From: Psammoneis japonica
Lineage: Eukaryota
Assembly (NCBI GenBank): GCA_008632985.1
Contig: QPGO01000246.1
Span: 1-64,000, forward strand
Direction: 5' to 3'
DNA: 64,000 bases
Shown: piece by piece, positions 48,919-61,288 of the stretch
Layout of the letters: the number at the start of each line of letters is the position of its first letter
Numbering within the stretch: position 1 is the first letter of the stretch
Program-made: the position numbers and the translations under genes
Notes under the pieces: model-generated
Databases searched by the model: none
Seen by the model: the letters and a program-made list of their open reading frames with translations, nothing else
What the model was told of the DNA's origin: nothing

Positions 48919-49141
48919 CGAAAGATTAGAGAAATATCTCCAAGAATAGAAATCGAGCCCCGAAGGGATAGTAGAAACTTTGCACTCAAAGTTGGATAGG
49001 AGTTTGTTTTACATAATATGTTATTCGTTGAAGTCTGGACGGCATTCGCAAAAGTATTCTCAATTAGCACAGCTTTGCTGGTAGACGAGTAAACGTGGTC
49101 TTTCTCTCCCCTACACGTATTACTCGGTGTATACTACGTAG

Positions 49142-49918
49142 CTATGCCGCGATGGGGAATTCATCGTGTGATACTGATGATTCAGAGGGTTCTCTTTCAA
49201 TGTCTTGAATAGCATTCTCGATGCCGCTGAAACTTCGTTCATCAATCACGGGAAGAATATCCAAGGTAGAGAGCTTTCCACGATTCAGCTTATCGCTTCT
49301 CAACATGGAGTTGGAATGTGCCGGATTTTTGACAGGCTTCAAGACAGCTGCGTTTGAAGCAATGCGATTCTGAAATTCTTTAGCCTTCTTTGAAGCGCTG
49401 TTTTGGGTCATGGAGAGCCTACAACGTTCTGCTTCGCATGCGTCAGCAGTGCCCATTCGTACTGCAAATTCTCGCGCGTTCTGTGTTAGGTGCGAGTACA
49501 CCTTCGCCAGATGTCCTGGATCGATATCTCCTGAGTTGCGCTGAACTTTTTGCGAATGGAGAACACATCTTATCGAGTTTCTCCTTTCTCTGTCTCTTCG
49601 GGACCCATGTTCCAGGTTTGATTTTAGTTCCAGGCCTCGTCTTGAGAGGCGACACCAGCGATTGAGCGACCTTTGCTGATGGTGGGGATACTCCCTGAAT
49701 CTATCATTCAGCAACTGTCCTGCACCTAACTCTCTTGAATCTTTTTCCACCATCTTTGCTTTCTGCCTTATAACAACATAGTCCTCATACGTCAACCATG
49801 TGAGACCCTCAGCTGCGCATTCAGACGTGGGAGTGGTCAAAGGAATTTGCTCAATGTGTTCGCTGAAACGAACCTTCGACTTTTGCTTTCGCATGTATTC
49901 TTCTCGTCGATCGTACAT
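49142..49918 (-). CDS. Diatom-type 'VRF..RGLE' family hypothetical protein
   Basis: KVRFSE, TWLTYEDY, SRRGLEL, AVRMGTADA. Confidence 0.8.
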   Translation of the reverse strand: MYDRREEYMRKQKSKVRFSEHIEQIPLTTPTSECAAEGLTWLTYEDYVVIRQKAKMVEKDSRELGAGQLLNDRFREYPHHQQRSLNRWCRLSRRGLELKSNLEHGSRRDRERRNSIRCVLHSQKVQRNSGDIDPGHLAKVYSHLTQNAREFAVRMGTADACEAERCRLSMTQNSASKKAKEFQNRIASNAAVLKPVKNPAHSNSMLRSDKLNRGKLSTLDILPVIDERSFSGIENAIQDIEREPSESSVSHDEFPIAA

Positions 49919-50965
49919 GTTGTAAGGATGAGCGATATGTCGGTAACATTAAAAACAATAAACTGATCTTTGATCGAGTGAACCTGTGAAGGATTTTGGT
50001 CGCGTTGTTTCTCACTCCAAGTAATTTTGCTCAAAGGGAAACGGTATCGTGTTTTGTTTCAAATTTCACGTTGCGTTTGCGAACTCTTCATGTCTTGGTC
50101 TGTTAATTGAATTACAAGTCAATATTTTACTTATGCTATTAAGGCAATATACATGAATTCTCATCGTTAATTGAATTTTTCGGATATTTGTCAACTGTTT
50201 ATGGATCAACAGCTGTCTGGTTCTCAGTGATCGTGATCGTTATATAAATTTTGAGTCGTGACTACATCACGTGAGAATGATTTAGCATTGCATCGGAGTT
50301 TGGACAAAAATTGTTCCTTAATAATTGATTATAAATGTATTTTAACTTGATTATTACATTGTTCCGGGACTGTACAAAAATTTGGATATTAAAGACTTAC
50401 TTAAAGGACGCGGAAGAAACACAAAGTAAAGGGGGGCAATATCTCGCGCGCTGGAACTGCTTGGACGTGGGAGTGATCAAATCCCGTGCGTCGTCGCCGC
50501 GTGGTCTGTGGTCTGTGGTCTCCATCCATACATTGTCCCATCCCTGTTCCATGAGCTCGTAATCATAGGCTACTCGCCTCTTTAGAGTAGAGACAATCAC
50601 TGATCTCTCTAGTAGCTACGGTATTCTCTAGAGTAGCTACCAGTAGCCACTCTAGAGAGTAGAGTACGCTCTCTCTACTAGAGAAGAGATTTAGTGTTGA
50701 GTTTGCCTTCGGGGTATTCAACTAGCTAGCTAGTAGTACAACGACTGCAAAAGAATCGTGCAATTCGAAAGCCGATCTCAAAACGAAAAACAGAATTTTG
50801 CGAGCACTCGTAAGCTGAGAAACTAGAAGTATGAAGACGTAGCAAGTACTATGAGTCGATAACGACCTGTGCAACGTAATTATGTTACACTACTGGGCTT
50901 CTGATCACATCTTTAGGACCAGAGCGCTTGATCGATCACTACAATGTCTATTCATTCTAACAATT

Positions 50966-52523
50966 TCAACCCTGTGATGATTTTGCTCTCCACGCGCGAA
51001 CAAAATTCAAGACACTTTCCGCATGCGGTTGCTTTATCAACACTTCATTCTTTGCTGCAGAACTCCACGCATGCGCCCCATGTTTCATAGCATATTCCTT
51101 GACAGCATTGAATTCTCCAGGCAACAAGCACGTATGAACGTGAACCTTTGTAAACCGGCACCGATGCCGTTCACGGTCCCACAACCAAATTTGATCCACG
51201 ACATTTTGTGGAAGTGGACTCTTGTTGCTACCCGCGTTGCTCATCAAGAGCTTGTAATGCGCGTGCTTTTCCAAAAAGCTCAAGATTTGGTTTGCCGTGA
51301 TTCCAAACGCAAAGGCCGCCTTGACGGAATCACGAGTGAGCGCCATGAATACCACGTTGGGCATGCGTCGAATCGTATCGACATTGCAAAACAATCCCAG
51401 CATGGACACGTGCAATTCACTCGTCGTATAGGCACAGACTTGAAAATTGGTTTGTACAATAATGGCCAGGTTGTTGGGGTCCGGCGTCGGCGCGGACAAG
51501 TTGGCTTCCAGGACCTTGGTGGATGGACGAGCAATGTTACTGCTGCTCTTGTCGTCCATGGTCTTTAACAATTGAACAGCCACTCGCGTGGGATAGAAAA
51601 ACACGTGTCCCTTGTCTAGCTTGGCAACGTACAAGAGTCCAAAGAGACTCAAATCCATCATGAGCGTCCTTGCGTTCTTGTTGAGACACTTGCCGTCGTA
51701 TGCGTCCCCGACACGCCCAAACGAGAGCGAGATGAGAAACAAGAGCGCTTCCTTTTTGAGTTCCTTGGCCTTTTTGTGTCCCTCTAACTTGTCTTGAGGT
51801 ATTCTTGTACAAAATGCCACACTTGATCTTGCTGAGGTTGCAACATAAAGTCGTAGCCCTTGCGTGTAATAACGAGCGTGTCTGAATTGTTCGATTCTGG
51901 ATCGGGTTGCATAAGGCCGGTTTGAAGTAAAAAGTGAACAACATGTGGAGGCGGATCCTCTTGTTGATTCGTCCCACGAGAAAATGCAACACAATATTCC
52001 ACTGACGTTGAGTATATTGATCTAATTCATCCAAACTAGGCAGCTTCTTTGCAAGCTGCACTCGTTTCTTAAGAATGGCCTCGGGAGTTGGTTCATTCGC
52101 AGCGACTGTATCGACTGCCGCTTGCAATTGTTGTTGAGTCAAGGGGGTCCATGGTGATGAATCTAGCTCCTCCAGAGACGTCTGCAATCCCTTATGAAAC
52201 GAAGCATTCAAAGTCAAGGCTTTATTATCATCCTGTTTCTGATGCTTTTCCACGATATTCCACTTCCGCAGTTCTTTCAGCATGTGATTGTATTCTTGAA
52301 CGTTGTTTTTGATCCACACCATGACACCCGCCACTGGAAAGGTACCACCACAGCAGCATAATCGTAAAACAACTTGTTGTGTGCTTGGCGAAAGCTGCTG
52401 CAGAATAGCACGGCAAACGTACTTGCCCCGAGTCGCGTCTTGGTACAAATCGAGCAGCGTTGATTCATCCTTGTGAATTAGATACTCTAAAACACCACCG
52501 CTGCCACTGACTGTGCTTTTCAT
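50966..52523 (-). CDS. GTF2H4: TFIIH subunit p52 (Tfb2); apparent frameshifts ~51980 and ~51800
   Basis: QWNIVLHFLVG, ITRKGYDFML..QVW, FYPTR, IIVQTNFQVCAYT, LTRDSVKAA..GITANQI, LPQNVVDQIWLWDRER. Confidence 0.9.
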
Positions 52524-52984
52524 ACTTCTTGAACTGTACGTCAAGTGTAACAGGGGCTAGAGTATAAAGAACACTAGATGGTGTTGCATCTATGCCATTG
52601 TATTACCGGTATATGGCAACGAGGAACGTGTGAGTCGAGTTGTGTTCGCACCTCGCTCTCGAGCTCGCTCTCTCGCGTCGCGTCGTTCTGGAATGAAAGC
52701 TCGCACGGCCGGGTCTCACGCGTCTCAATCTGGTTGGGTCGAACGAATCAAATTTAACGGTTGGATGTTTCATTCAAATCGCCATCAAAAACGACAACAC
52801 ACATCGCCGCGGTGGAACATTTTAGCGTTGACAATGTCCAACGCCACAAATCTGACGGCAGCGTCATGTCCCACCTCGACTACTCCCATACATCAAGTAT
52901 CGGCAGAAGTTGCTGCCATGGAGTCACACGCCAAACATACGTATCGTCCACCGGGAAATCAACATCAACATGTAACATGTCGCC

Positions 52985-54345
52985 ATGTCGTTAGAACAAC
53001 AACACGCTGTTCCGGTAGAATTGGTACGAAACGCTGATGGGACTCCGCTTGTTGATTCCAAGGGTCAAATAGTTTCCGTCGACAAAATTTTGGCAACCAA
53101 ACCGCTCCGTCACGAGTTGAGCAGTCGTCCGGGTCCGGGAAATCGCAAACTCACGTACCGTACTTGTCGGGCGAAGGTGTGACTCGCACACTCAATGACA
53201 TTTTTGGGTACAGCGGATGGAATCTCGACATCAAATCAACCAAGCGAGAAGAATGCGTCAAGGACGACAAGGAACGATATCACGTGGCATATACTGCAAC
53301 GGTACGATTGACCTTGTGCAAATCGGGAGCGTACAAGGAAGACTGTGGGGCGGGGGATGCAATCGATCGGTCTTTGGGAACAGCGATAGCGAATGCACTC
53401 AAGGCTTCCGTGACGGATGCCATGAAGCGAGCAGCGAGACATTTTGGCGATAAGCTTGGGAATTGTACGTGTAAAGTGACTCGTAATTGTTTTCGTGAAT
53501 AATCACATAGTGTCTCACGTTCTATTATTGTTGTTCTTTTCTGTCGGGTTCTCAGCACTCTACAATGGAAATTTCAGCATGAACAAAGCACCCACCTCTC
53601 TTCAAACCGCTCTCGACCAGTATGATATCGATCGAGCTAATACAAAGTTTGGATTTCCAAAAGATCGTGTTGCGAAGGCTATTGTTCAGACAAGTAATGC
53701 TCCGACCGTACAGAAACAAACGAATACTTCCCAGCCAGAAAACGCCAGCGCACATAAGGCTGCAGTCACTGCCACCCCAAGCACTACAACAAGCGTACTC
53801 AAGCCACCGCCGGCACGCGTCAGCATGGGAAATACTGCTAACAGGCAAGCTTCTCCATATCAACCGACACCGCGTCCTTCCGACAATCAAAGCAATCGTC
53901 CCATGGTCACGCCTCAACCACCACAAACTTCGCAATACCATAAACCCATTGCTGGTGCTACTAAAGTTCCTCAATCCAAGCCGCCGCCACTACCACCACA
54001 CAGCAGAGCCAACCCAAGGTTCCTCCCTTTCAGTCAAAACCGACAAGTACGAGCCAATCGAATACTACCCCATCGCAATCCAACAAACCCCTCTCTGCTC
54101 GACAAAGTCTCGAGTCCAGTGCTCTCTTTGATTTGTCCATGTTTACAGCCGGAACCAAAACAACGACGTCGGCTCTGCAAAGCAACAATGAAAATATAGA
54201 TCCGTACGACATGCCAGCCACGGGACGAGGACCCATGGCTGGTAAAAAGAGGGCGACAGCATCTTTGCAAGAAGCAGAGACGACTCGCAGCAAGAAACAA
54301 CCATCCGATGGGGTCAACAATCCCTATCTTGCAAATAGTTTGTAG
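52985..54345 (+). CDS. RAD52: RAD52 DNA repair protein; intron 53465-53555; frameshifts ~53160 and ~54000
   Basis: LSSRPGPGNRKLTY/LSGEGVTRTLNDIFGYSGW, EDCGAG, ALKASVTDAMKRAARHFGDKLGN|SLY. Confidence 0.92.
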
Positions 54346-54989
54346 TCGTGGTGGTCTATAGGGCGCACCTTGGGCAATTATTGGTGTGTGAATTCCGCCA
54401 GCACGCTATCCACGACCATTGTCCAACCGAATGGGGTTTTCAAGCTTTTGGATATATGTCGCAATTTACAGGTCCCGAGATGTTATTCAATTGCATTATG
54501 GGACTGTCTATTTCAAAGAGTGTCAGTAGGAGCAAAATTATCTACAGAATACTCATACTATGGACTACGGGCTACTACCAGGTATGGAGTTTGAATGTTT
54601 CTATCCCAGATAGAGACTGGAAAAGATCCATGCACTTTGTAATCTAGCATGTTACTACTGGCTCCAACGAATGTGTATCTCCTCTAGCTAGACAGTACCC
54701 TGGATCTCTGCAAGAATAGCACTGCCATCGGCCAACGACTCTTCATCCGACGTGTAACGATGCTAGTTTGCGCAACAGTGCTCTAGATTAGAAACTACAT
54801 ACCACCGAAACCCCGGCTTCTCCTTTGATGGAGCTCCCAAGGGCTCACCCTGGAGTGTCACAGTCTCCTCAGGTGCCCTCCCACTTCTTTGACTGACTTC
54901 CTTCTTGTGTACGAGATAGACGTTTGCTTCTAATTTACACCCAGGTACTTGTAGGTACTTGTAGCTACATGAGATAAATGCCGTTTGTG

Positions 54990-56322
54990 CTAAAAGACAC
55001 AGTCCCGTTCATCCGCATCCTTGAAATCACCCAATGGATCCACGCGTTGGCTCCAAATTTGTTTCCGCGTTCCACAACAAGAGCCTCGTGTTCGGTTCTG
55101 CGATCTATTTTCATCAAGTCGTCATTCATGACGGAGGGCCAAATAAGGGCACGTCCCTTTTTGGGCATGACCGTCAAGTCAAGTTCGGTAAAGCGTGTCC
55201 CGCCTCCCTCAAGGCCCTCGTCATTCAAATACATGAATACCGTCAACAATCGTGGTCCCATGGGTCGTTGATTCTGCATATCAATAAAATCGTGATGTTC
55301 ATGATAGTATTGATTCTCTTCGTACTGAGTAGTTGCAAATGCTCCGAGTAGCGTTCGGGAACGCCCGTCAAGTTACCGATTCGTTCCATGATCCCACGGT
55401 AATGGGCTTTCGTGGCACTCATCATAGCACCAAGCTTGTTGCGAGGTACGATAGTCCGTTACCTCGGCTTCAAACAAGCCCGTCTCGGACGAGTCTACGG
55501 CTTGTGCCGTGGATCGTTCGTATCCAAGAGCGGTGCCCAATTCAATCAAGGCGTCACATTCCGTGTCGTTCAAAAAGTTATCCAGCGTTATAATCCATGG
55601 TCCATCGCGATTTTCGTCATTGTTTGATGGTTGTGAAAGAATGGAAATTTCATACAATTCTCTCCACTGTGATTCTGGATTGGTAATGCGCTCAAACATT
55701 TTGTGAATTCCACCGGGATCCATGGCAAGCGGAACGGTGGGATCCCACGGGCATCTCAACATGACGTCTAAATCAAAACAATTCAAACACGACGCTCCAC
55801 ACTGTTCCAGCATAACTGGGCATTGTTTCGCATTCCCCCACCGACTTCCAATAGGCACAGCTCTCGTTGGAATTGACACACTTGTCTCGCACAAATTCAT
55901 AATCGGAATCCGCGTGCACTTGAGTGTACAGATAATCCAGCGTTTCAGCCACAACCCGTCGGACTGCTTCGTGGTTGCCGTGCGGCATGACTTGGGGACC
56001 CCCAAATCAATCGATCCGTCGTTACAAGCGTTCGGACAACTCTTGCGACAAACAGATCGGACTCGGGATGAAAAGGAAGCACGGCAATAACCCGCTCGTG
56101 CCCATGTGGTACATTGACTGTACTCATCCACACAATCCAAAGGAACATGATCCATATCATGGAGATGCGGGTTGCTCTCGAGACTTGGTCTCTTTTGAGT
56201 ATCAGACAGCAGTCGAAGCGGTGCATTGTACTGTTGCTTGTTGAAACAGCAGCCACGTAATTAGATGTTTCGTGTGCTTCATGATCATTGGTAGCTATAC
56301 TCGACAAGTCCTTTTGCTCCAA
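54990..56322 (-). CDS. Second ShK-domain prolyl 4-hydroxylase, multiply frameshifted (pseudogene or assembly errors)
   Basis: CVDEYSQCTTWA, CVNSNESCAYWK, GPWIITLDNFL, YSEHLQLL, RLLTVFMYLN..GGGTRF, HEAL..KFGANAWIH, spread over several frames. Start uncertain. Confidence 0.75.
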
Positions 56323-56599
56323 TGACTATATGAAATAGATTGTTTATTGTATTGCACTCTTAACTCTTCGACCTGGCCGGTAACGATGAGACCGCCATGG
56401 CTCAGACCGAAAGGCCGAATATCTTTCGGAATGTATTTTTAATTTATTCATATAAAATTTTAAAAGCAATAAAATATGAATGAAGATACAAATTATCTCT
56501 CTCCCGATGATAGTGACAGCGTTGGATTCGACCAAAATTTCAAAAAAAGTGCGGGAAAACACACGCAAATTTTTCAGTAAAAACAAGTAAAAGCTCAAA

Positions 56600-57900
56600 A
56601 AATGTGAGGCTGGCATGTCTCATGCATTGTGGCATGGCGCTGTCACTTCACATCCTTGGTGTGCTTGCATTGAAGCCAACGCATCAGTTTTGTGCCCCGA
56701 CAATGGCACCCACATCAACAGTGAGAAGAAGTCGTCGTCACTCAGCATCATGGAGCCATGTCGGAAGCAATGTGGAGAGCTGTCTCACAACAGCAGCAAC
56801 GCCAAAAACTCCATGTTGGTCGACAAAAGTCAACAGTGTCAACTCACTGTCCCAAGTCCATCATTGCACTTCATGTTGCCAAGCTGTCCAACACTTAATT
56901 TGCATGATCAGTGCATTGATCGGGGGATGTCTGTTTGCGGCGCCAGCGTCATTGGCGTCGTGCGCAACACTCTGACACGTGAGCTTTCGAGCCACCAGTG
57001 CGGCGCCCTTGTGTGTGGCTTCTTTTTTGTGCTTGGGGCTTTTTTGAATGGGTTGGCATGTCACCCACCTGGCTGTTGGCAGAGTCAAAGACCCCTTGAC
57101 ACCACTTGCCAGCAAGGAAGTGCAGCACACGATGGCACAAGAAGCACAAGAGAATCTGGAGCTGTGCCACGTGTGTGTGTGACAATGATGCTGCCATTCC
57201 AAGTTTTCACAACAAGGCTTTGTCGCTGGAACATTTTGCACAATCTCTTCAAAGACAAGTTGGGCACAAAAACACGTCTGGCACCAGCTTGGATCATGTC
57301 ACAAGCTCTTGCCCCTGCTTGTTGTTTGCTGTTTGTGTTTTGTTTTCTGGAAAAAAGAGAGAGTGTGTCTTCTTGTTGCTGAGATCTCATTGTTGGTCTC
57401 AGAAATGTGGGTTTTGTGTGCAACACTGAGGACCCTCTTTGCACATGTGCCAAGATCCTTTCTCAAAAAAGTCTTTGGTCTCTGGAAGCCCACATGTCAG
57501 TGCTGGTGCCCCAGAGCTTGGCAGCCCGCCGCGACGGAATCCAGTGTGTGTTTTTCAGTCAAACTCCAGCGAGAACCTTTGCCTCTCTTTGGCAGCAGAC
57601 CCACCTCCTCATGTTTGCCACCCCTGAATTTTGTCAGAGGCATGACCAAACAGTCAAACAAAATTTCTGCAGCGGAAAAGCTGCTGTGCACCCTGGCGAT
57701 TTTCGCACAGTTGCGTGCAGCCCCACAGCCCAGAGCTGTTGTGCAGCTGATGATTTCAATGCCTCTGGTGTGGTTTCCATGGTGTTGATCCACCACACTG
57801 CTTCCTTCATTTTCTTGCTGTGTTCAGGATCTGCATCTTGTTTCACAAAGTGCAGCCACTGCAGATGGTGCCTGCCTCTGCTGGCTCTCAATCACGCACA
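56600..57900. other. Small TpA-depleted (and largely CpG-depleted) domain of unknown origin
   Basis: A single TpA seen (cttaat, ~56896) in ~1.3 kb; Cys/His-rich ORFs; AT-rich flanks. Confidence 0.7.
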
Positions 57901-58471
57901 CACCGGTACATGGCTGGAACAATCCGTCCATCCGCCTGTCCGCTCGCTCGCTTAACCGGGACCATCACTGATCTGCCTCGTTTAACAGGGGCGTCGCCTA
58001 TCTTTATATTCACATACACCGATGAATGATAGTTAAAGGTTTCTTTGGTGTCGGCGATCATTTGCCTTGACTGAGATTATGGATATAAACCAAATTATGA
58101 AAGGGCAGTTTAATTGGATAAAAATCATCTGAAAGCATTTAAAGGAAAAGGTCATTATGAATGACAAGAGTGTTCTCATGTCGAAGAACGCTGTTGAAGT
58201 CGTGTGTAATTTGGCAGTAGAATTCTACGCGGTAAAGAACAATCTCGTGAGAACATACCAACATTCTACGCTCCTGGCAAATGATGTCACAATTCTAACA
58301 CTTTCCATTGGTTCCCTCGCGTGCAATCCTCGTCTTTTTGCGAAGGCGGAAACTGGGCAGCGAACTCCATCAATCCGACGACGTTGTACGATTGATGGAA
58401 AGGGTGGCGAAGAACAAATCCGAATCGCTCTCTAACACCAGAGACACGACGCACTCTTCATAAAAATTGTT

Positions 58472-61105
58472 ATGAGAGAAGCATCTCACGAGTCTTCATC
58501 CATGAGTGCCTATGTCATGTCCGCAACGCCCTCTTCTACCTCGAGCAACGATTTTATAAAGCCGCCGCAGCCAGAGCTTTCACATCAGCAGCCGCAATCT
58601 GAGCAACGACCTCAACAGCAACAAATGCCGACGATCGTCATGAATGTGCAACCGAATTCTCTAGCGTCAGCATCGATTTACAATATGCAAACTGGTCAGG
58701 TATATCAAGTACAGCATGAAGGGTCATCGTGGCCATCAGGTATTGTAGCTGTCGCTCCTCCTCCGGGACAGTCTTGTGCGGTCTCTGTGACTTCAAAGGA
58801 CCCCACATACTCGGCAGTCGCGACCGTCATGCCACCTGAAGCACCGGCTTCGAACAAGCCGGATAATAATCTCGAGCAAGAAGCAGAACTTGCGCTGGAA
58901 CAATACAATCTCTTGAAAAAGCGAACTGGCACGGTGCCAGATGAACCGCTAAGTCAAAAGAACCTGGAAAAAGAAGCAGAACAGGCACTTAAAGAATATC
59001 GTCAACAGAAGAACAATTCAAACGCCTCCTCAATACCCAGTCAACCTACTCCTCCATCCGAGCATGTGCTACATCAGCACAATCTTGAGCTACTCCAGCA
59101 AGCCTTTAACAGCGCCTATGCTGTCAAGTCGTCGTCTCCCGGTGTGTCTGATAATACTTCTCAGTCATCATCCGCACCCGTCAAGCAGGAAGGTACTACT
59201 ACTGCCCCTCCGCAGGTCATTCCGAACAACAAGAGGCTCTTCCTTGACAACAAGGTCGCCCCCATTGAGCAAGAAGTACCATCTCGTGAGGAGCCCTTCC
59301 ATCACTCGGAGTTATTCAAGGACGAGGAAGCAGCCATGTGGAAGGAACTCAAAGAGATTGCCGGGGTTGAAGATTGCGGTTTTCCGTCGGGCAATGTGTC
59401 CGAGATTGAGCAAGACGGATTCATCTCCGAGACGTCTTCGATATCAGGTTTACCGCCTTACCAGTACCTCAAGGCAGTGGCCCCTTCCCCTGGTCCACTG
59501 CAGTCCATCAAGGAAGGTTCCACGACGCCCCCGCCGCCTCTTCCAGCCGTACAATCTTCCATGTATCAGCCACACCAAATGCAACAGCTGTCTGCTGCTG
59601 TAGCTCCAGCTGTTGCTCCACCACAGAGCACCGTTGCTACGCCGGTTTCGTTTCTTCCGCAACAGCAACAAGCAGTGATGCCACAGGCCACAATGTATCA
59701 AATGCCAGTCACTCAGCAACGGGCCATGCCTCCGGCGCCAACGTTTCCCGCCGTGCCCCAAGCAACAGCTGTTCCTGTCGCGCAGCAAACGTCAAGTGCC
59801 CCAACCACTACGGGTCAACAAGACTTTCAGCGGGCCTCCTACGGCTCCGCGTCAAGAACAGGTGAACAGTCAGCCAGTCTCATCGCAACCAGTTGCTACT
59901 ACCGTGCAACAAATGATCGGTTCGCCAATTGTATTGTCCACGGGTCAAGTATTGCCGTCGCCTGCCCCAGCGTCCATGGGTCAATCAGCAATGGGTTCTC
60001 CCGTTTTGATTTCAATGGGTCAACCCGGTGTCCCTGTACAGGTTATCCCACCCGCCGCTCCATCGGCGAATCCACCATCTGCCGCAATGGACTATCAGGT
60101 AGTCCCATCCCCACCCATGGTTCCTGTCGTTCAAGCGCCTTCTCCGGCCTTCACCGCCATGAGCCAGCCGGCCCCTTCGCCAGCAATGATGCCAGTGGCT
60201 CAACCCACGTATGCTTCACCGGCTGTGACTTCCATGGGCCAGCCGACCGTTGCGGCAGCCGCTTCGCCCCGCAAGATGACCAACAAAGCGACTCCAGCTC
60301 GAGCTGCATGCGGTGCAGCCGCCAAGCACAAGAAGGTTCACGTGTTTGGTGGTAAAGCCGAACAGTTGTCCAGCAAGCACTCTGATAGTAGTGGAGAGGT
60401 GTCGCCGAATACTGTTCTTACAAGAATTCTCCAAGAACGTGGCTACCACACTTACCAAATGCCCGGATTGAAATCTGGGTACAACACAAAGCCCACACCT
60501 CTGCAGTTGGCATCGTTTGGAACCCAGGTTGTTCAAGCTGTGCACAAGTCCGACGTAAATCACCTCAAGGCGGTCTTGGAGTTTGGGTTGTCACCAAACC
60601 CATGCAACTCCTTTGGCGATTCTCTGCTGACATTGTGTGCAAGCGTTCCAATTTTCCAATCTTTAAGTGTCTTGTCGATCACGGCTGCAACCTACGGGTC
60701 TGTGATGGGTTTGGAAGAACCCCACTGCACAACGCAGCTTGGTCAGGAACGTTTTGCGAGCCACTGGTTGACTTGATCTTGCGAAACGACCCACTACAGG
60801 TGCTGATTCAAGACAAGCATGGGAAAACTCCCATGGAATATATTCGCAAGCAATTCTGGGGTGTCTGGATTGACTTCCTTATGCGAAACAAGGACAAGTA
60901 TTGGCCTATCGGAGGTGCCTTCCAGGCGCCTCCCGGTGCTGACGATCAGCGAGCCGACCCGGTCGATTCCATATCGCTAGATTTGGCAAAGAACATTGCG
61001 TCAGGGGGGATCTCTCTCGAAGAGGTCAGGGCGATGGATGCACAGACAAGAACAAGTTACAAAAGTGATAGCCACCCGAAACCACAGGGGATTTTCAAGT
61101 TTTAA
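58472..61105 (+). CDS. Ankyrin-repeat protein with long Q/P-rich N-terminus; apparent frameshifts ~59810 and ~60635
   Basis: GYNTKPTPLQLASFG, GLSPNPCNSFGDS, DGFGRTPLHNAAW, DKHGKTPMEY; same family as 36001-37541. Confidence 0.8.
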
Positions 61106-61288
61106 GTGGGGATATCATTCGCGTCAGGGAAAAATGGACGCAACAAAAGAAACATTGTACATAGTATGATTGCAGCCCGAAAGATCAGGGGATTTTCAAG
61201 TTTTACAAACGCATCAGTCTTATACATAGAAATACATGCTAACTGATTATGAAACTACGACTATTCGTGTTGTTCGTGCTTTAGAATT

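Noticed and set aside
56355..58040. piggyBac-like TTAA termini around the small eroded island
   Set aside because: TTAA sites are present but no inverted repeats follow them.
21188..61105. Programmed frameshifting or pseudogenisation of the helicase, DLD, p52, PNKP-like and ankyrin genes
   Set aside because: Isolated small indels in otherwise conserved genes, at short homopolymers where I could check (e.g. a missing C in DLD HPT). Long-read consensus error is most likely; needs polishing to confirm.
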